This document shows, piece after piece, positions 59,349 through 64,000 of a stretch of 64,000 nt of DNA. The DNA comes from Scyliorhinus canicula (Eukaryota). A program made the position numbers and the translations under genes. Position 1 is the first letter of the stretch. Each line of letters begins with the position of its first letter. Under the pieces are notes generated by a model that saw only the letters and a program-made list of their open reading frames with translations, had not been told where the DNA came from and did not search any database. Where the stretch lies: contig NC_052147.1 of the NCBI RefSeq assembly GCF_902713615.1, forward strand, positions 2,976,001 through 3,040,000, written 5' to 3'.

Positions 59349-59592
59349 AGGGCAGCACGGTGGCCTTGTGGTTAGCACAACCGCCTCACGGCGCTGAGGT
59401 CCCAGGTTCGATCCCAGCTCTGGGTCGCTGTCTGTGTGGAGTTTGCACATTCTCCCCGTGTCTGCGTGGGTTTAGTCCCCACAACCCAAAAAAATGTGCA
59501 GGGTAGGTGGATTGGCCACGCTAAATTGCCCCTTAATTGGAAAAAATAATTGGGTAATCTAAATTTATAAAAAAAAAAAATTAAAAAAAAAA
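59349..59592 (+). mobile_element. Short poly(A)-tailed V-SINE variant with TSD
   Basis: AACTATTATT at 59339-59348 and 59592-59601. Confidence 0.88.
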
Positions 59593-61118
59593 ACTATTAT
59601 TGGCCTCAACCACTCCATGTGGAAGTGTGTTCCACATTGTTGGTTTTTTCCCCCCCTCCGGAACGTTCTATTAGATTTATTAGCGACTATCTTCTATTTA
59701 TAGCCTCAAGTTCTGGTCTCTCCCACAAGTGGAAACATCTCTATTTTTAAAATTTGGTGAATTTTGAACTGGTGTAATATAGTTTGTCTAACGGAATGAC
59801 CACTGGGGCTTTGGGTATAGGACAATTCCTAAAATCCCTGAAGAGGCAGATGGTGACACTGCTTAACACCCATTGCCACGTTGTTTCTCGATCAGCTTCT
59901 GGACTCAATCTGATGGCCCAGTGCAGGCTGAGCTTCCATTACTGGTTCTTGGTGAGTTCCAGTCAATATTTTGTTTTTGTCTAATTGTGAGATTGCCAAT
60001 AGCAGTCTTGCGTTAATACAGATCGTGTTTTCTTGCTTGAGTTTGGGCATGGTGTTCTGTCAGGCCCAAACCCTGAATTGTCAAGTTCACTGATCTGGTT
60101 GAAATGGTATCGTAACGTGAGAAGAGAAGGAATGGTGTAGAAATGGCTAAAGATAAGTGACAGATTCTGCAATTAACATCAACTCATCATGGAGCATAAA
60201 TGCAAAGTCAACCAACCAGATGCTGAGGGCCAACAGTTGTCACACTGGAACTGGCCGTCTTCAGCACTGTGACCAATGATCATCACTGGGAGGTGAGGGG
60301 AACATTGTTGAGGGTTGGGCCCGTGTGAAGGGACTAACCAAAGAAAGAATGGTGAAGAAACTGGGACATGAAAAGGATGTGATTGAGAGGGACCTGTAAT
60401 AGCGGCTGGTAAATAGTTGGTAACTGGAGCAACACTTCAATATACTAAAACATTGTTGGGTGAGGAGAGACACAAGGAAGAAATTTAGAGGGAGAAATTT
60501 ACAGTTGGGAAGATTTGGACAGGGTTCGTTAGGAGACCAAAATCTCCAACCCTATTCGATGATGTGACGAGTCTAGACTTCCTGTGCTCTGAATGAGTGA
60601 GCTAAGATGTGCTTGCTGATTGCCAGGCACCAACAACCTGGATTTGTATAGTGCCTGAGCATGAAGCCTCCTGAGTGCTTCAGCAAGTCTTTTCTGACAG
60701 TCAGTCAGATATTAGGACATGTGACTAAAGGCTTAGTCGAGGAAATAGGTTTGAAAAGAGGAAATGAGGCAGAGAGCTGTAGAGAGGGAATTCCGGAGTT
60801 TGGGGCCCAGACAATGGAAGACACGGCCCCAATGGTGGGGTGATTGGAATTCCCAAGACACAAGAATCAGGAATCAGGGGAACGCCGAGATCTTGGAGGG
60901 TTTTGGGGGGGGGGGGGGGGGGGGTGCTGGAGGACGTTACAAGGATGTGGTAGACCATGGAGGGGTTTGAAAATCAGGATGTTGGTTAAACAGAAGCAAG
61001 TGTAGGTCTGTGAGCACTGGGTGGGGAGGGAGGAAGAAACACGTGTAGGGAAGTGGCCACTTGGTGGGTTTCTAAGATGCTGTCTTATGCTCTGAGTGAC
61101 TCTGTTTGTACTCCGTAG

Positions 61119-61224
61119 GTGTCTGGTGTGGCAGGGAGACTGGAGGAGTGAGCTGACGGCAGCTGCCAGGGAGCAGGCAGAGAGAGGGGGCCACGGGACA
61201 TTGTGTTTGATCCTGAACGGGCAG
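61119..61224 (+). CDS. Unknown gene, coding exon 3 (CLVWQGDWRSELTAAAREQAERGGHGTLCLILNGQ), phase 2 to 0
   Basis: Acceptor TCTGTTTGTACTCCGTAG|, donor CAG|GTAGGA, frame matches exon 2. Confidence 0.7.
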
Positions 61225-62205
61225 GTAGGACGTGGTGAGGTTTACACAGTAACTATGAATAGAGAAAGGAATGTAGAGATACCGAAAGTCTGAATTTCAA
61301 ACTGGACACGCAGAAGTCTGAGAGGACTACGTCTGAAAGGGCAAGTGAACAGATTGTCTGCCACTTTGCGTCATAGATTCGTACAGTACAGAATGAGGCC
61401 TTTTGGCCCATCAGGCTGACACTGGCTCTTTCACAGAGCTGTCCAGTTCATCTCACTCCTCCTGATCTGTCCCTACAGCCCAGTGTTTTTTTCCATCCAT
61501 TCAGGAATTGTATTTATTTCCTATTGAGCTTCTTAATTTCTTAGTTGTGCCCCCTACCCCACCTCCACAAAACTGAAAATTAATTGGACATTCACACAGT
61601 TTTGCTGCTAACCCTCATCGTCCTGTATTCTGATCTCTGAGCAGTGAATCGCTGTCCCAGGCTGTACTGGGTTCCAGTGTGTTTTGCTGCCCATCCCCCA
61701 TTTAAACCCAGTCCGTATGGTGTTTAACCCGGGGAGTAGCTTGTTTTATACTTCAAGCCAGCAACATTTTCTAGGGTGGTTAGTCTTCTGGGCTTAACAT
61801 AAAAATGGATTCCTTCCTTGATCTCGCGCTCTTAAAGGTAGCAATGCGGCGATGGGAATGATGCTCGACTGGGTGTGTGGCAGGTGGTGGGGGAACCAAC
61901 AAGAGGGAAACCTTACTTGATCTCTGTCTCACCAACATGCCTGTCGTAGATGCATCTGTCCACGACAATATAGGTAGAAGTGACCACTGCACAGTCCTTG
62001 TGGAGACAGACTCTTGTCTTCACTGAGGAAGCCCTCCATAGTGTGGTGTGGCACTACCACTGTGCTACATGCCATACAGTCAGAGCAGATCTAGTCAACG
62101 GGAATCAGAAGGAAACTGCTCTGGCTGCAGTCATAACTAGCACAAAGGAAGATGGATGCGATATTTGAAGGTCAATCAACTCATTGCTGCAGGGGTCAAA
62201 GTCTT

Positions 62206-62506
62206 GCCACGGTAGCACAGTGGTTAGCACTGTTGCTTCATAGAGCCAGGGTCCCGGGTTCGATTCCTGGCTTGGGTCACTGTCTGTGCGGAGTCTGCAC
62301 GTTCTCCCCGTGTCTGCGTGGGTTTCCTCCGGGTGCCCCGGTTTCCTCCCACAAGTCCCGAAAGACGTGCTTGTTAGGTGAATTGGACATTCTGATGTCT
62401 CCCTCCGTGTACCCGAACAGGCGCCGGAGTGTGGCGACTAGGGGCTTTTCACAGTAACTTCACTGCAGTGTTCATGTAAGTCTACTTGTGACACAAAGAT
62501 TATTAT
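62206..62506 (+). mobile_element. V-SINE with GTGACA-type tail
   Basis: Matches 31996-32305. Confidence 0.85.
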
Positions 62507-62879
62507 GTAGTCTAAATATTACTCCGAAAATAATTTGAGAGAAATATAAAAACGGGGGAAAAACCGCTGGAAAGGATTAAATTTATTTCTTTGGTTATTA
62601 TTGTTCCTGTCAGTTTGCAAACCGGCCCAATTTTAGATAGTTTAAAAAAAACAATTGGTGAAATCACACAAACAAATTACAGAACGATCTGAGTGTGAAA
62701 GTGATGCCTGTTTCCCACCGCACCAGATATTTTATTGAATTTAAATTTCACCGTCTGCCCTGCTGGGAATCTAACCGGCTCCCCAGACCATTACTCTGGG
62801 TCTGTGGATTACTAAACCAGTAATAATACCCCGACGCCACTGCCTGCCCCCACTCCACATCCCAACTCGGGTGTCAGTG

Positions 62880-63345
62880 TTGTAGCTGTGCTACAAGAGC
62901 TGGTGAGGGGTGGGTCAAGATGCAGACAGTTAATAAGAACAGAGTGAAGGAGGTTTTGTTCCCTCACCACCTGCTGCAGTCCCAGTCTAGCAGCTATTGT
63001 CCCTTAGGCCCCGGCCAGCTCGGTCTGTGGTGGTACCGAGCCACTCTTGGCGATGGACATTGAAGTCCCCACCCAGAGCATATTCTGTGCCCTTGCCTCC
63101 CCCAGTGCTTCCTCCACGTGGTGTCCAACATGGAGGAGAACTGATTCATCAGCTGATGGTGGCCGGGGTAACCAGCAGGAGCTTTCCTTGCCCATGTTTA
63201 ACCTGAAGCCACGAGACTTCATGGGGTCCGGAGTCGATGTTGAGGACTCCCAGGTCAGCTCCTTCCTGATCGTGTACCACTGTGCTGCCACCTCTGCTGT
63301 GTCTGTCCTGCTGGTGAGACAGGACATACCCAGTGATGGTGATGT
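62880..63345 (-). mobile_element. LINE endonuclease-domain fragment (CR1/L2 group); related pieces at ~61765-62095 (+) and a 3' tail at 63352-63475 (+)
   Basis: ITITGYVLSHQQDRHSRGGSTVV...HEVSWLQVK and a GDFNVH-like motif on the minus strand. Confidence 0.7.
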
Positions 63346-63499
63346 CTAACAGCACTCTAGGTGTACCTGCAGCAGTTCAAGAAGGTAGCTGAGCACCAGC
63401 TTCTCAAGGGCAATTAGGGATGGGTGATAAATGCTGACTTAGCCAGTGATGCCCCACGTTCTGAGAGAGAATAAAGAAGGTGTATTTGTTTTCTGTTAG

Positions 63500-63625
63500 T
63501 GTAAGAGGGTGGATTTCTCCAGCAGTACACCAGTGATTCCTGCCAAGACGCGCCCGGCTCTGGATGATGCTCTGATCGACCTCCTGGATGACATCTCCCC
63601 ACTTTTTCCCTCTTTCCTCGCAGTT
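63500..63625 (+). CDS. Unknown gene, coding exon 4 (CKRVDFSSSTPVIPAKTRPALDDALIDLLDDISPLFPSFLAV), phase 0 to 0
   Basis: Acceptor TATTTGTTTTCTGTTAG|, donor |GTAAGT, frame matches exon 3. Could instead read through to the stop at 63760. Confidence 0.65.
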
Positions 63626-64000
63626 GTAAGTACCTGTGTAAGATTTCCTGTGGAGGGATTGGGAATGGGATTTCCTGGAGGGAATGAGCAGTCAGAATCA
63701 ATTCTCCCTCGTTCTGCCAATGTGCGAAGCTTCCATGTACAGATTCCTGATCTCCTTTAACCAGATTTGGGGAGGAATTTACCCCCTCATTTATAACACT
63801 TGAAATTTTCTACTGGAGGGGAGGTTGAGGTGGAGGTTATTAAACACTACTTCAATGTTACATTTGAGAACAGGAGGAGTGGGCTATTCAGCCCCTTGGG
63901 CCAGGTTCACCATTCAATATAATGACTGACCTGTTTCTTGGCTCAGTTTATCCACACGCGTGTGAAACCCTTGCCCAACAAAGGTCTGTTCATCTGGATG

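Overview
Eukaryotic, repeat-dense vertebrate DNA. HE1/V-SINE-type SINEs, CR1 LINEs and Penelope-like remnants point to a cartilaginous fish, probably a shark (inference). Three spliced genes can be read. (1) The first coding exon of a SAMD15-like SAM-domain gene lies on the minus strand (4581-4453) and ends at a GC splice donor. (2) A complete six-exon TMED8 (GOLD-domain) gene lies on the plus strand (7157-37149, about 358 aa), head-to-head with SAMD15. The 2.6 kb between them is almost all a ~52-bp GC-box/ETS-motif tandem array. (3) The first four phase-compatible coding exons of a plus-strand gene I do not recognise (54900/54933-63625) run off the window end. Also present: a UBE2V1 processed pseudogene with a 15-bp target-site duplication (TSD) inside a CR1 that sits inside a satellite, a degenerate initiator tRNA-Met copy inside an L1-clade element, several CR1, L1 and Rex/Babar LINE fragments, about 20 SINEs in mix-and-match head/tail combinations, hammerhead-ribozyme-like Penelope remnants, and nine unrelated tandem arrays, several directly next to splice sites. 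Nearly all long ORFs in the track are artefacts of stop-free tandem repeats. Coordinates were read by eye: exon limits were checked codon by codon, repeat limits are approximate.
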